From assembly GCA_965645245.1 (NCBI GenBank), contig OZ287086.1, forward strand, positions 1,364,001 through 1,428,000: a DNA stretch of 64,000 bases. The letters are read 5' to 3'. The position numbers and the translations under genes are program-made. The notes under the pieces were generated by a model. That model saw only the letters and a program-made list of their open reading frames with translations. It did not search any database and had not been told where the DNA came from. Source of the stretch: Massalongia carnosa (Eukaryota). Shown piece after piece: positions 46,650-56,216 of this stretch. Every line of letters begins with the position of its first letter. Position 1 is the first letter of the stretch.

Positions 46650-47810
46650 CAAATCGGTACCAAAAGTCACCGATCGTTGACGTCATTTTACCCCATCGAA
46701 ATAAACTCCCTCATTTTCCACCTCCCATTTCTCCACCATTTTTCTTAATTTACCTCATGCCTTCAAAACCGAAGACCAAAAGACGTGAACATTCAGCCGA
46801 GACCATTTCCACCATCATTGCCCTACATCAGCTAAAAAAATCACATGGTCAAATAGCTGACCATTTGAAATTAGCTAAATCGACCGTTACCACCATTATA
46901 CATCGTCATACCAGGTCTTCAAAAAAAATCCCCTTAAGAAAAAAAACGATTCGGTCGTCCCCCCAAGCTTGATACCCGTGCCATGCGTCAATTAATTCGT
47001 CATGTGGAGAGGTTTCCTCACGACAATCTTCTGGCTTTGGCCACCCCTTCTAAAACGGGACAGAAGACCTCTCACTCCACCGTACGAAGGTATCTGAAGG
47101 CGGCCGGTTATTTACGCCTTAAGGCTCGAAGGAAGCCCTTTCTAAATGAACGTCACAAGAAGGCTAGGCTGGCCTGGGCTCGAGAGTACAAGGAATGGAC
47201 AATGAATGTTTGGCTACGTGTTATATGGACAGATGAAGCTACGTTTGAAACGGGTTTAGACTCTCGAAGTTGCTATGTTACACGCCGAAAAAGAAATGCA
47301 TTTGAGGCTCGATACTTAAAGCCTACATTCAAAAGTGGAAGAAGCACTATAGGCATTTGGGCAGCTATAACTTTGAGTATCAAGGGACCGATGCTCGTTT
47401 TGACGAGAGGAAGACGAATGAACTCTGAAATCTACATTGAGGAGGTGCTAAAGCCGCTGGGAGTGCCCTTTTATGAAAGATGCGTGGCAAAGAAAGGTCT
47501 GATGATTTGGATGGATGATGGGGCCGGTTATCATACTTCAAAGAAGGTGCTTGATTTTGGACGAGAGGTAGGGCTTTTACGCATGAAATGGCCGGCTCAA
47601 TCACCAGACCTCAACCCCATTGAGAATCTGTGGCGTATCATCAAAATACGAGTCAGTGCCCGTCATCATCAAATTCATTCAGTTGAGGCCATGACGGAGG
47701 CATTGATGAACGAATGGGACAAGTTGACTGCGAGGGACTTTCGGAAGTGCATAGCGAGTATGCCTAAACGTTGTCACATGGTAATTAAGGCTCAGGGGGG
47801 GCCATTAACT
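46650..47810 (+). mobile_element. Tc1-like DD34E transposon inserted at TA, right end missing
   Basis: ORFs 46757-46972 and 46983-47831 with WTDE, MDDGAGYH and SPDLNPIEN (34 residues between D and E). Confidence 0.88.
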
Positions 47811-47829
47811 AGTTGTTGTTACTTTAGAT

Positions 47830-48341
47830 GATCGTCGATTTGGATAGGCCGCATCATGAATCAAACCGACCATGATTCAAGCGCTCAAACGTTCTAAGAG
47901 ATGGATTATATTACTAGCGTTCACCATCGACGGTTTCATAGCTTAGGAGGTGCATCATGGCTCTATAACATCAGATATTCTGAATGAATTCGTCAGGCTC
48001 AAGGTTTTACCATACTGCGCTGGAGGTAATGGTCCTCGTTGGGTTTTGATTATAGATAATGCCTCTATACATTGGAGTGAGGAATTGAGGATCATGTGTC
48101 AGGATGCAAATGTTTGCTGGTTCATTTGCCTCCGTATTCACCCGATTTTAATCCAATAAAGACTTCATTCTCTATTCTAAAGGCCTGGATTAAACGTCAC
48201 AGCAGTTTAATTGATTCATATACAGAGGAAACTGGTGGATTTGGGAGATTTTTAGAAGATACACTGCAGGCTATAAGTGAAGATGTTTCACATGATGCAG
48301 GTGCATTGTTTCGACAGTCTAGTATTGAATATAATCCATAA
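47830..48341 (+). pseudogene. IS630/Tc1-like transposase C-terminal fragment
   Basis: VLIIDNASIH and LPPYSPDFNPI motifs, frameshifted. Confidence 0.8.
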
Positions 48342-48476
48342 AAATCAATTTCCTCATCAGCTACTGTCTTCCGTATCATCCTCCTTGTCCTCCTCGTCCT
48401 CCTGATTTTCCTCCTCCTCCTCCTCCCCCTCGTCCTCCTCGTCTAGGTCCTCCTCCTTCTCCTCTCCCTCCTCGTA

Positions 48477-48624
48477 CGCCGCGCAACGGGTTGAGTTTTC
48501 ACCACAAATTTGCTTTTTCGCCACCAGGTTTTTCTTTCAAAACTCAACCCGGACACCAAAAATCATAGGGTTCGCCACAAACGGGTTGGGTTTTCAGTAG
48601 AGAAACCGAACCAGTTGCGCGGCA
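48477..48624. mobile_element. MITE (~148 bp)
   Basis: TIRs GCCGCGCAAC/GTTGCGCGGC flanked by TA on both sides. Confidence 0.75.
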
Positions 48625-49066
48625 TACGTCCTCGTCATTACGTACAAGCTTGCCGGGGGCTGGTGAAGTTGTCACCGTGACGGACGGCACCAGGCGTGTA
48701 AGCGGGATAGGGCCCGACGCTAGCAGGGAGGTGAAAAACTCTTCACCTCCTCCATCCCCCCATCTTTCTCTCTCTCCTTATCAACACTCATCAAAAATCG
48801 TGTTTCGCTGTTTCTCCCACCCGCCCTCTCCTACACAGTCTGTCGCTTAGATAGATGGAGTATGTCTTGACCCCAGGGTTCGCATCTACAGCGTCCATGG
48901 ACCCCGTAGCCTACCCGTTGCGGCTCCGTACCCGGCGCGGACGGCGCACGAACGGTGTCATGCCACACCCTAGGGTCAGGACTTTGCCCAAAGACTAGAA
49001 TAGCAATAAACACAAGGTGGCTGCGCTTTACTAGCAAAGCCTTTTGTGTAGTCCTAGTAGAACTAG

Positions 49067-49845
49067 TTAGCGGACGAACATTAAAGTTTGGCCGGAAATT
49101 CTTTGACAGAGATTGACTAGAGGAACGTGATTCTGATGGAGGAGGAACAATTATAGATTCAGAATCATGCTCGGATGATTGCTGCTTCAATTGTCTAGCA
49201 AATTTGCTAACATGGTGGGCCAAACGTATGCCGATGCCAGGTTCGATTCCCGTTTTCTCCCATTTTTCCTCATAAGCAGTACATTTCCACTGCTGAATGG
49301 TTTGTAAATCATAACACTTATCCTCCAGTATTTTATAGGCGTGTCTAAATTGAAACTTCAATCTAGGTGTGATTTTTATATGCCATAAAATATAATCATA
49401 CAAATCACCTTGCTCCACCGGACTGCTTGGAATAGGAACGGAGGTGAAGCTTAACGGTAGAGCGGTTGTTAATTCAGATAAGTTCTTCATCTTTTTATGC
49501 TTCTGCTTTTACCTTCTTCTCCACTTTCTCCCATTTTTCTTGCTGAATAGGCTGTGCTGAAGGCATATTCTGATATACGGAAGGGGAAGGAAGGGGAAAA
49601 TATAGTGAAGGATACAATAAGGCTGAGGGTTGTTGATATGGATATAAAAATGGATAACAAGGAGGTGGATATGCTGGACCTGCAGTCATCGAATATATTG
49701 CCGAAGGGACGGATTCTTTAACGATTGCTTTTTGCTCTTTCTTTTCGAGAGCATCGGCCTTTCGTTTTGATGAAAAAAGAACCTCTAATGTAGTCGGTAG
49801 AGGCCTTTCATGAGTGGATTTCCCTCCTCGATGGCTTGGGTCCAA
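49067..49845 (-). pseudogene. Unknown fragmented ORF, possibly a transposon accessory gene
   Basis: Proline-rich segment followed by a helical domain ending GIEPGIGIRL; frameshifted near 49492. Confidence 0.3.
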
Positions 49846-50123
49846 GAATTAATATGAGCTGTATTCAGCGGATAATGCTTTTCATTGTCAATCCAGCGAT
49901 ATTTGCCTTTGTCGAACTAATCGTCGGCTAGTCTCTCGCTTACCTCGGCCGACTCGAGGCGTTCGCCTCTAGTCGGGGAAAGCAAAGTTCGGCGGATAGC
50001 AAAGTTCGTCTTTTCAACTTTTACACGCAAAAAACCAATCAAATAACGATGGGACTTTTTTTCTACAAAGATCAAGCATGAAAAAATTTATAATATTAGT
50101 TATACTAATAATAACCCAACTGC

Positions 50124-50179
50124 ATGAGTCGGCCTTTGGCCGGTGACACAACGGCGTAAGAATAATCAAATTCAAATCA
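50124..50179 (+). mobile_element. 56-bp 5'-truncated LINE 3' end with 14-bp TSD
   Basis: AATAACCCAACTGC direct repeats at 50110 and 50180; insert resembles the LINE 3' UTR at ~12870-12910. Confidence 0.75.
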
Positions 50180-50339
50180 AATAACCCAACTGCTCCTGAA
50201 AATCAACCTCGCCGCTGTCGTCGACTTCGTCGCCTACTTCCTCTTCTATTTCAAATGTAACGAAGTCTTTTTGTAGACGAATAGAATAACCTTTACTACA
50301 CTTAATTGTTGTACGTACTTGCGAACAGAAGGGGCGACC

Positions 50340-51488
50340 ATGAACGAAAATCTCGTACCAAGAAGTGCACAGTGCGAAGGTGAGCATAGAAAGGCGAAAG
50401 AGTCTCTGGTAATTAAAATCAAAGAGTATCTTGACCGTGTGGGTAACGTAGGAGACCCGGTAGCGTTGCAAATTTTGCAGGAATCGAGAATTGTGCTGGA
50501 GGCACAAAATCAATTAGACAAAAAATCGCACGACACCACACACGTGGTATCTGCTCTAAATGATATCAAAAGCACTCTACAGAGAATTGAAAGCAGAAAG
50601 GAGATCCCAACAGCAAGAAACTATGCCGCCGTCGCCGCGGCGGGACACCTCAATGAGGGCGGATCTGTACCGGTTCGAAGCACTCTAAACAACGTAAAGA
50701 CGCAGAAAGCGAAGGAACAAACACCAAGTATGATCAAAAGGGCAAGGGAACTCACCATACGAGTGACGAAGAGCGAGGATCGAGAAAGAATAAAGCAAAC
50801 GTCCACAAAGGACTTGGTGGAGGCGCTACAGAAGAGAAATGCAGGAATAATAGGAGTATCGCGTCTCAACAGTGGAGACATTAGGATACACACCGAAACG
50901 GCAGCGATTAAGATGTCTCTGTATGACAATACGGGCTGGGTGCGTGAAGTAGCCGCATCGGCAGCGGTGCAAAGGCGTACCTTTGCCATACAGGTACGTG
51001 GCGCCAGGATGCAACACATCGACGTCACCAATCAGACGAGAGCTATTGAGTACCTACATGCCGTTAATGCACGACTGCATGCGGGACTGAAGATCGTAAA
51101 GGTCGCTTGGTCCAACAAGGCCATCAGAGAAGGAAAAGTGCACTCTACGCTGCACATGGAAGTTGAAACTGCACCGATGGCCAACCAGCTCATCAACGAA
51201 GGTCTGCTCGTAGACTACGAGATCAAGCACTGTGAAAGATTTCACAAAAATAACATACTAGTGCAATGCTTCAACTGCTATAAGTATGGGCATATCAGCA
51301 AATGGTGTAAACACCCCACGGCCTGTGGGCGTTGTGCCGGCGGACATCCTACGCACGAGTGCAATCCCGAGACGACCGGAGCCCACCCCATGTGTGCCAC
51401 GTGCGAGAAGTCTGGTCACCCAGCGTGGTCCCCTGTGTGTGTGGTTCGAGCGAAGGAGAAGAAGAAAGTAAACGACGCAAGGAAATGA
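50340..51488 (+). CDS. LINE ORF1 (gag-like, three CCHC-type knuckles); stop may be premature, tail continues at 62007-62348
   Basis: CFNCYKYGHISKWC, CGRCAGGHPTHEC, CATCEKSGHPAWSPVC; ATG at 50340. Confidence 0.85.
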   Translation: MNENLVPRSAQCEGEHRKAKESLVIKIKEYLDRVGNVGDPVALQILQESRIVLEAQNQLDKKSHDTTHVVSALNDIKSTLQRIESRKEIPTARNYAAVAAAGHLNEGGSVPVRSTLNNVKTQKAKEQTPSMIKRARELTIRVTKSEDRERIKQTSTKDLVEALQKRNAGIIGVSRLNSGDIRIHTETAAIKMSLYDNTGWVREVAASAAVQRRTFAIQVRGARMQHIDVTNQTRAIEYLHAVNARLHAGLKIVKVAWSNKAIREGKVHSTLHMEVETAPMANQLINEGLLVDYEIKHCERFHKNNILVQCFNCYKYGHISKWCKHPTACGRCAGGHPTHECNPETTGAHPMCATCEKSGHPAWSPVCVVRAKEKKKVNDARK

Positions 51489-51643
51489 AAAGCGCATCTA
51501 TACGAAGCTGAAGGGCTGGCGGTGGCGCCAGCAACCCCCCAGCAGAGGCAGGGACTACAACGGTAAACCTAGAATTACGGACGGAAGACTTACCTACCAC
51601 ATGGAGTCTTATTAATGGGAAAAAAAGGAAAATATCGCGCACA

Positions 51644-51791
51644 CTAGTTCGTGTCAATCTCGTTATATTGCTACTAAGTATGTTTGGGCTATTGCTCACA
51701 GCCCCCGGCCTCGAGAGGGGGACTCGATAAGGGCCTTGCTGTCTACTAATGTAAGACCCTCTCGCAGGCCTTGGGCTGTGAACAGACTCCC
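51644..51791 (-). repeat. Repeat B2 (148 bp)
   Basis: Appears identical to 52187-52334. Confidence 0.95.
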
Positions 51792-51830
51792 TCTATCTAA
51801 GCGACAGAAGAACTGGAGTGGGTGGGTGGG

Positions 51831-52186
51831 AAAGAAAACGTTGCAAACAGTGCTATCAAAATGCTATGCTTTTTGATTGTCTTGAGATGTGAGATGATGA
51901 GGGATACCGTCTGGGACCTCCTCTTTATATATCTTCTTCCTATTCTCCTTGTCCTACTCTACCATCCCAGTATGCCCCATCAACGCGGCCCATAGCAAGG
52001 CATACACAAATCCGAAACCTAACTATCGTCCGAAGGATCGATGCGGTGCTAAGATCTCTATGCCGTGCTGAGACATCCTTATGGTGCTGAGACATCTATG
52101 CCGTCCGAGAGATCCATGCGGTGCCGAAATCAAAGCGGGAGCTGTCTCGATTAACGACGCACTAGCTCTCAGCATAGCCGAACTAG
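51831..52186 (-). repeat. Repeat A2 (356 bp)
   Basis: Two visible mismatches to 61651-62006. Confidence 0.95.
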
Positions 52187-52334
52187 CTAGTTCGTGTCAA
52201 TCTCGTTATATTGCTACTAAGTATGTTTGGGCTATTGCTCACAGCCCCCGGCCTCGAGAGGGGGACTCGATAAGGGCCTTGCTGTCTACTAATGTAAGAC
52301 CCTCTCGCAGGCCTTGGGCTGTGAACAGACTCCC
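52187..52334 (-). repeat. Repeat B1 (148 bp)
   Basis: Appears identical to 51644-51791. Confidence 0.95.
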
Positions 52335-52370
52335 AATCCCCAACATGGAACGACCCGCTTGCGGTGTTGT

Positions 52371-53426
52371 TCAGGACCTAGTGACTGGATTGTGAGGTTC
52401 CGTGGGTAATGTTTGAAGGCGTTTTGAGGCGTTAAGAAGGTAAGTGGGGTGGGTTTGTATGTAAAGCTTGTATGCGTCTGACTTCCATCTTCCTAGCATC
52501 TGAATCTCGTCTTCGGTGAGTCCTGCCCGTCGCGCTGTTGTTGCCGCACCTCTTCTGAACGAGTGGCCAGAGAAATTTCCTATATAGCCCAAGTTCCTTA
52601 AGGTGGATTTCATCGCTGTTGTAATGTAGTCTCGAGTGAAGGACTGACCGTTTTTAAAGAGTGGTGCGGCCGGAGAACTTGGGAATCGCCTATATAAATT
52701 TGTAAGAGAAGCTAGTGCACAAGCAACATCGTTGGTAGCCGCAATTGTCAGTGTTATGCCTCGGCGAAAGGGATCGGTTTTGGAGACTGGTAGAGAGAGC
52801 TGTAGGTGATCTGCTTCGAACCTAATAGATTTTCTGGTGAGGTGCCATTGATCAAAGCTTGGGTCTAGTACATCTTGCGTTGTGTAAGTAAATTCTCCGG
52901 CTCGTAAGAAGCCTGCAAACGCTAAGCAGTACGCCGCATGTAAATTTGCGCCTTTCTCTTTCGTTTGATCAAGACGACTTAGCAATTTGATTAAGATCTC
53001 TCTAGTAATTGGTAACCTTTCACGTTTCTCGGCTTCACCGTTCTTTCGCTTTATGCCAGTAAGGATGCGATCTAACACCGGGTGATGAAATACGTCGAGA
53101 TTACCGAGGCCCATATCTATCTGGCATGATCTTATGCCCGTCAAGTAGCTCTTAATAGTTTTTGGTTGCAGGCGTCGTTCACCCAACGCTGCGATCCACG
53201 AAGACAGCGTCCGGATGTTGGCTGGAAATGGTGGCGCGTTGAGGTTTACCCTACAGTAAAGAACGTATCCCTTTCTTGCCGTTGTGTATAAAGATCTTGT
53301 CTTAGTGGCCAGGCCCCACCAGAGGTATCGTGCTGCGATTTCGTCTAGAGGTACCTCACTGTACCAAGATGGGGGTGGATCGCGTCCTATATTGCTGAGG
53401 GTAGAGCCTGAAACTGAGGGATTTTG
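52371..53426 (-). CDS. Tyrosine recombinase (frame open to 53426, no upstream ATG)
   Basis: GFLRAGEF, SKTD, GHSFRRGAAT, LGRWKSDAYKLY give the R-K-H-R-W-Y catalytic set. Confidence 0.93.
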   Translation of the reverse strand, partial: QNPSVSGSTLSNIGRDPPPSWYSEVPLDEIAARYLWWGLATKTRSLYTTARKGYVLYCRVNLNAPPFPANIRTLSSWIAALGERRLQPKTIKSYLTGIRSCQIDMGLGNLDVFHHPVLDRILTGIKRKNGEAEKRERLPITREILIKLLSRLDQTKEKGANLHAAYCLAFAGFLRAGEFTYTTQDVLDPSFDQWHLTRKSIRFEADHLQLSLPVSKTDPFRRGITLTIAATNDVACALASLTNLYRRFPSSPAAPLFKNGQSFTRDYITTAMKSTLRNLGYIGNFSGHSFRRGAATTARRAGLTEDEIQMLGRWKSDAYKLYIQTHPTYLLNASKRLQTLPTEPHNPVTRS

Positions 53427-55003
53427 TCAGCCAGTTTCTTCAAAAGTCCTCTAGACAAGAGATCAGCAATATAATTTTCTTTGGATGATATCCATCGCGC
53501 TTCTATCTGGATATCATGTAATGCAGCTAGCATTGTAATTGCCCGCAGGGCATGCATTGCTTGGCCTCGTATAGAGGTTTTATTCACTCCTTTCGTGACA
53601 GCGTAGCTATCACAATAGAGGATTAAATGACTACCCTTGCATATAGGTAGCCACTTTTTCATAGCTTGAAGAATTGCTGTCATTTCTTTGACGTTGATAT
53701 GCTTTGCCCTAAGGCGCGTAGTAAAGCGTGTGCTAAAAGCCTGCCGGGCTGCTTGTATATTATGCAAATTTTGATCCTCGCTGAGGATAAAGCCGCCCAT
53801 ACCATATGAGCCGGACGCATCTGTCCATATTCTCATAGTATGTCTAGTACGGTTGAGCAGATGTATGCCATTCCATTTAGGTAGGAAATGATGCCACCAT
53901 AGAAGATCAGCCCTCATGTCCTTGTTAAGATGGATTAGTTTAGAGGTTACGCTTGCCGTAGCATTGAAAAGACGGCGTAGAAAGGCTCTTCCTGGTTTTA
54001 CCACTCTGGCTGCAAAGCATAAGAATCCTAGAAGAGAGTCGAGTTCCTTCCTGGGTATGGCTTTTTTATTCAAGGCTGCCGATACTAGGGTCTTTGCTTT
54101 TAGTAACTTTTCGGAAGGCAAGCGTGCTTCCATGAGCGCGGTATCGATTTCAATGCCGAGGAAATCGCAAGTCGTTCCAGTTCTGTTCTTTTCGAGCTTG
54201 ATTTTCATGCCAAGATCTTTACAAATGTTGTGGAAAACTTGATCAAACTTTTCAGCATCTGGTCCGGTGCTGACTATTATTAAAAAATCATCCAAGTAAT
54301 GAATAGCGTCTTTCCAACCACAGTTGTACAATATCCAGTTGATACCCTTCGCGAACAGATCAAAAAGGAACGGCGACGTTCTCAGCCCAAAGGGTAAGTA
54401 TTTATCCATCCAAAAGGAATCCTGCCACTTGAAACCTAGTAACCACCAATCGCTTTTTGCTACTGGTATGTGGCGAAAAGCGTCCGCAAAGTCTCTTTTA
54501 ATAAGAATACACCCTGGCCCGCGTTGCTCAATCAACCTAATGGCTTCGTCGAAGCTGGTATATTCCAGGGAGCCCCAGTCTTCCGGTATGTGGTCGTTGA
54601 CTGAGCTACTCTCCGGATACGATAGATGATGGATTCGCCGCCAACCACCGTTAGCCTTTGGTACAAGGCCTAATGGGGAACATATAAAGCAAGAAGGAAT
54701 GTTGTTGACTTTCTCCAACCGATTACTAGCTATTTGTTCTTCGAGGTCATTGGTAAGAACTTCCGGTGCCTCATTTGCAGAGGCAAGATTATCGCTAATA
54801 ATGAGTTGATGTGGTCCTGTATAACCAACTTTGGCACCGTAGGTGATGATATCGATAATTGTTTGTGTGTAAGTGCGATCCGGGTGATTGGCCAAATGTT
54901 TCTCCCAGCCTTCTTTCTTCAATGGGCCCGGTGGGATCTTTGTTAGATTGTCCGTCAAGGTGTATGGAAAGGACTCCGCGATGGATAAGAATGGGGCGGT
55001 TAG
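53387..55003 (-). CDS. Reverse transcriptase-RNase H of DIRS/Ngaro type, in frame with gag after one TGA
   Basis: WRRIHHLS, LPFGLRTSP, YLDD, WTDAS, EMTA, YCDS, ADLLSR. Confidence 0.93.
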   Translation of the reverse strand, partial: LTAPFLSIAESFPYTLTDNLTKIPPGPLKKEGWEKHLANHPDRTYTQTIIDIITYGAKVGYTGPHQLIISDNLASANEAPEVLTNDLEEQIASNRLEKVNNIPSCFICSPLGLVPKANGGWRRIHHLSYPESSSVNDHIPEDWGSLEYTSFDEAIRLIEQRGPGCILIKRDFADAFRHIPVAKSDWWLLGFKWQDSFWMDKYLPFGLRTSPFLFDLFAKGINWILYNCGWKDAIHYLDDFLIIVSTGPDAEKFDQVFHNICKDLGMKIKLEKNRTGTTCDFLGIEIDTALMEARLPSEKLLKAKTLVSAALNKKAIPRKELDSLLGFLCFAARVVKPGRAFLRRLFNATASVTSKLIHLNKDMRADLLWWHHFLPKWNGIHLLNRTRHTMRIWTDASGSYGMGGFILSEDQNLHNIQAARQAFSTRFTTRLRAKHINVKEMTAILQAMKKWLPICKGSHLILYCDSYAVTKGVNKTSIRGQAMHALRAITMLAALHDIQIEARWISSKENYIADLLSRGLLKKLADKIPQFQALPSAI

Positions 55004-56158
55004 TCATTGCCTTGATGGGAGAGGCATCGAATTTGGGTTAGAGGGTTGATTTTTTCCATTTGTACAGTCCATCGCCCGATGTTGCTTTCCACATTTCTCA
55101 CACACATGTTGGAATCTACAATATACGGGACAGTCTTTGCCATAGTTGTATTTCTTACAGATAATCTTTTCGCCTGAGGTTTTGAAAGCCGTAGAATTAT
55201 CGTCCGGTTTTGCAAAGTAAGCGGACGGTTTCCGCACAAGATGCCTTTCCAAGGAATGGTCCATTTCTTTCCATCCATCCGGGTTGTCAATCCCGCGAAA
55301 GGCTCGAGATTTGTGGAAATTCAAATGAAAGATGCGAACCGAGTCCCAGGTGTAGAAGGCGTATAATGATAGAAGATGGTCCTGATAAGCCATGAAGGCT
55401 CTCATCAGGTTTATCTGGAGACCGGGGTGTGCAAAGTGTAGTAGTATCATCCAATATACCCCGAGACATCGTATCAAATGAACTATCCCTTTGATATCTT
55501 TTAAGGAGCCATCTTCTTCTCTCGTGGCGATTTCCAGACCTTCTCCGAGTTTGACGTATCTAGAGTTGGTTTGAACTCCGTCGATGTCGGTACATAGCTT
55601 GGTAATGTTGATTGGGTCAAACGTATTCTCGGAGATTTGCTTTATCCATATGGGCTTGATAGTGGGATATTCGTTCATAAGAGAAACAAAACGAGGATCC
55701 ATACCTTCTGTATACAATGAGTTTGGTCGATGCGGTGGAAATGATGTCGGAAATAATAGGGAAGGCTGTTGAGCTGAGGCTACTGGCCCAGGGACCACGT
55801 CTCGGGCACGTGCTTGTTGGGTTTCGATATCCCGCCTAAGACTTACTCTTTCTCTTTCCTCGGCTTCCCTGCGGGACATTTCGCGTTGTGCTCTAAGTTC
55901 AATAATGTCATCAGGGGTGCGAGAACGGGTTTCCGGTATAACAGGCCCTTGTGAGGAGGAATTAAACGCTGAAGATGGAAGAGGAGAAGGTTGAGGATGG
56001 CTTTGAAGGGTTGCCGTGCTGTCTTGTGAGTCGGGTACTTCGACGTCTGGGTTGGAGTTGGCTAGATTTGCCCTAGCTCTAGTTCTAGTACGGGCTAGAG
56101 TGCTGCCTTGTGTGCGGGAGGTAGGCTTGGTGATTCTGTTGGAGATGCGGGTGGCCAT
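55004..56158 (-). CDS. Gag-like ORF1 with C-terminal Cys/His zinc fingers
   Basis: CKKYNYGKDCPVYCRFQH and CEKCGKQHRAMDC; position upstream of RT. Confidence 0.85.
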   Translation of the reverse strand: MATRISNRITKPTSRTQGSTLARTRTRARANLANSNPDVEVPDSQDSTATLQSHPQPSPLPSSAFNSSSQGPVIPETRSRTPDDIIELRAQREMSRREAEERERVSLRRDIETQQARARDVVPGPVASAQQPSLLFPTSFPPHRPNSLYTEGMDPRFVSLMNEYPTIKPIWIKQISENTFDPINITKLCTDIDGVQTNSRYVKLGEGLEIATREEDGSLKDIKGIVHLIRCLGVYWMILLHFAHPGLQINLMRAFMAYQDHLLSLYAFYTWDSVRIFHLNFHKSRAFRGIDNPDGWKEMDHSLERHLVRKPSAYFAKPDDNSTAFKTSGEKIICKKYNYGKDCPVYCRFQHVCEKCGKQHRAMDCTNGKNQPSNPNSMPLPSRQ

Positions 56159-56216
56159 TTTTGGAGGAGAGGGATTTGAATAGAGTAAATTTAAGTGTAG
56201 TGGTTGTATAAATTTG

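Noticed and set aside
45846..46748. ORF end as the natural transposase C-terminus
   Set aside because: Reads through into the inserted Tc1 terminus at 46650
48670..48960. Solo LTR
   Set aside because: TG...CA inverted ends present but no TSD or second copy
51700..51785. Self-cleaving ribozyme in repeat B
   Set aside because: Structured, but no hammerhead, HDV or hairpin core recognised
52371..53426. Starship captain, Crypton or phage integrase
   Set aside because: The YR is linked to RT-RH and gag within split direct repeats, which fits a YR retrotransposon
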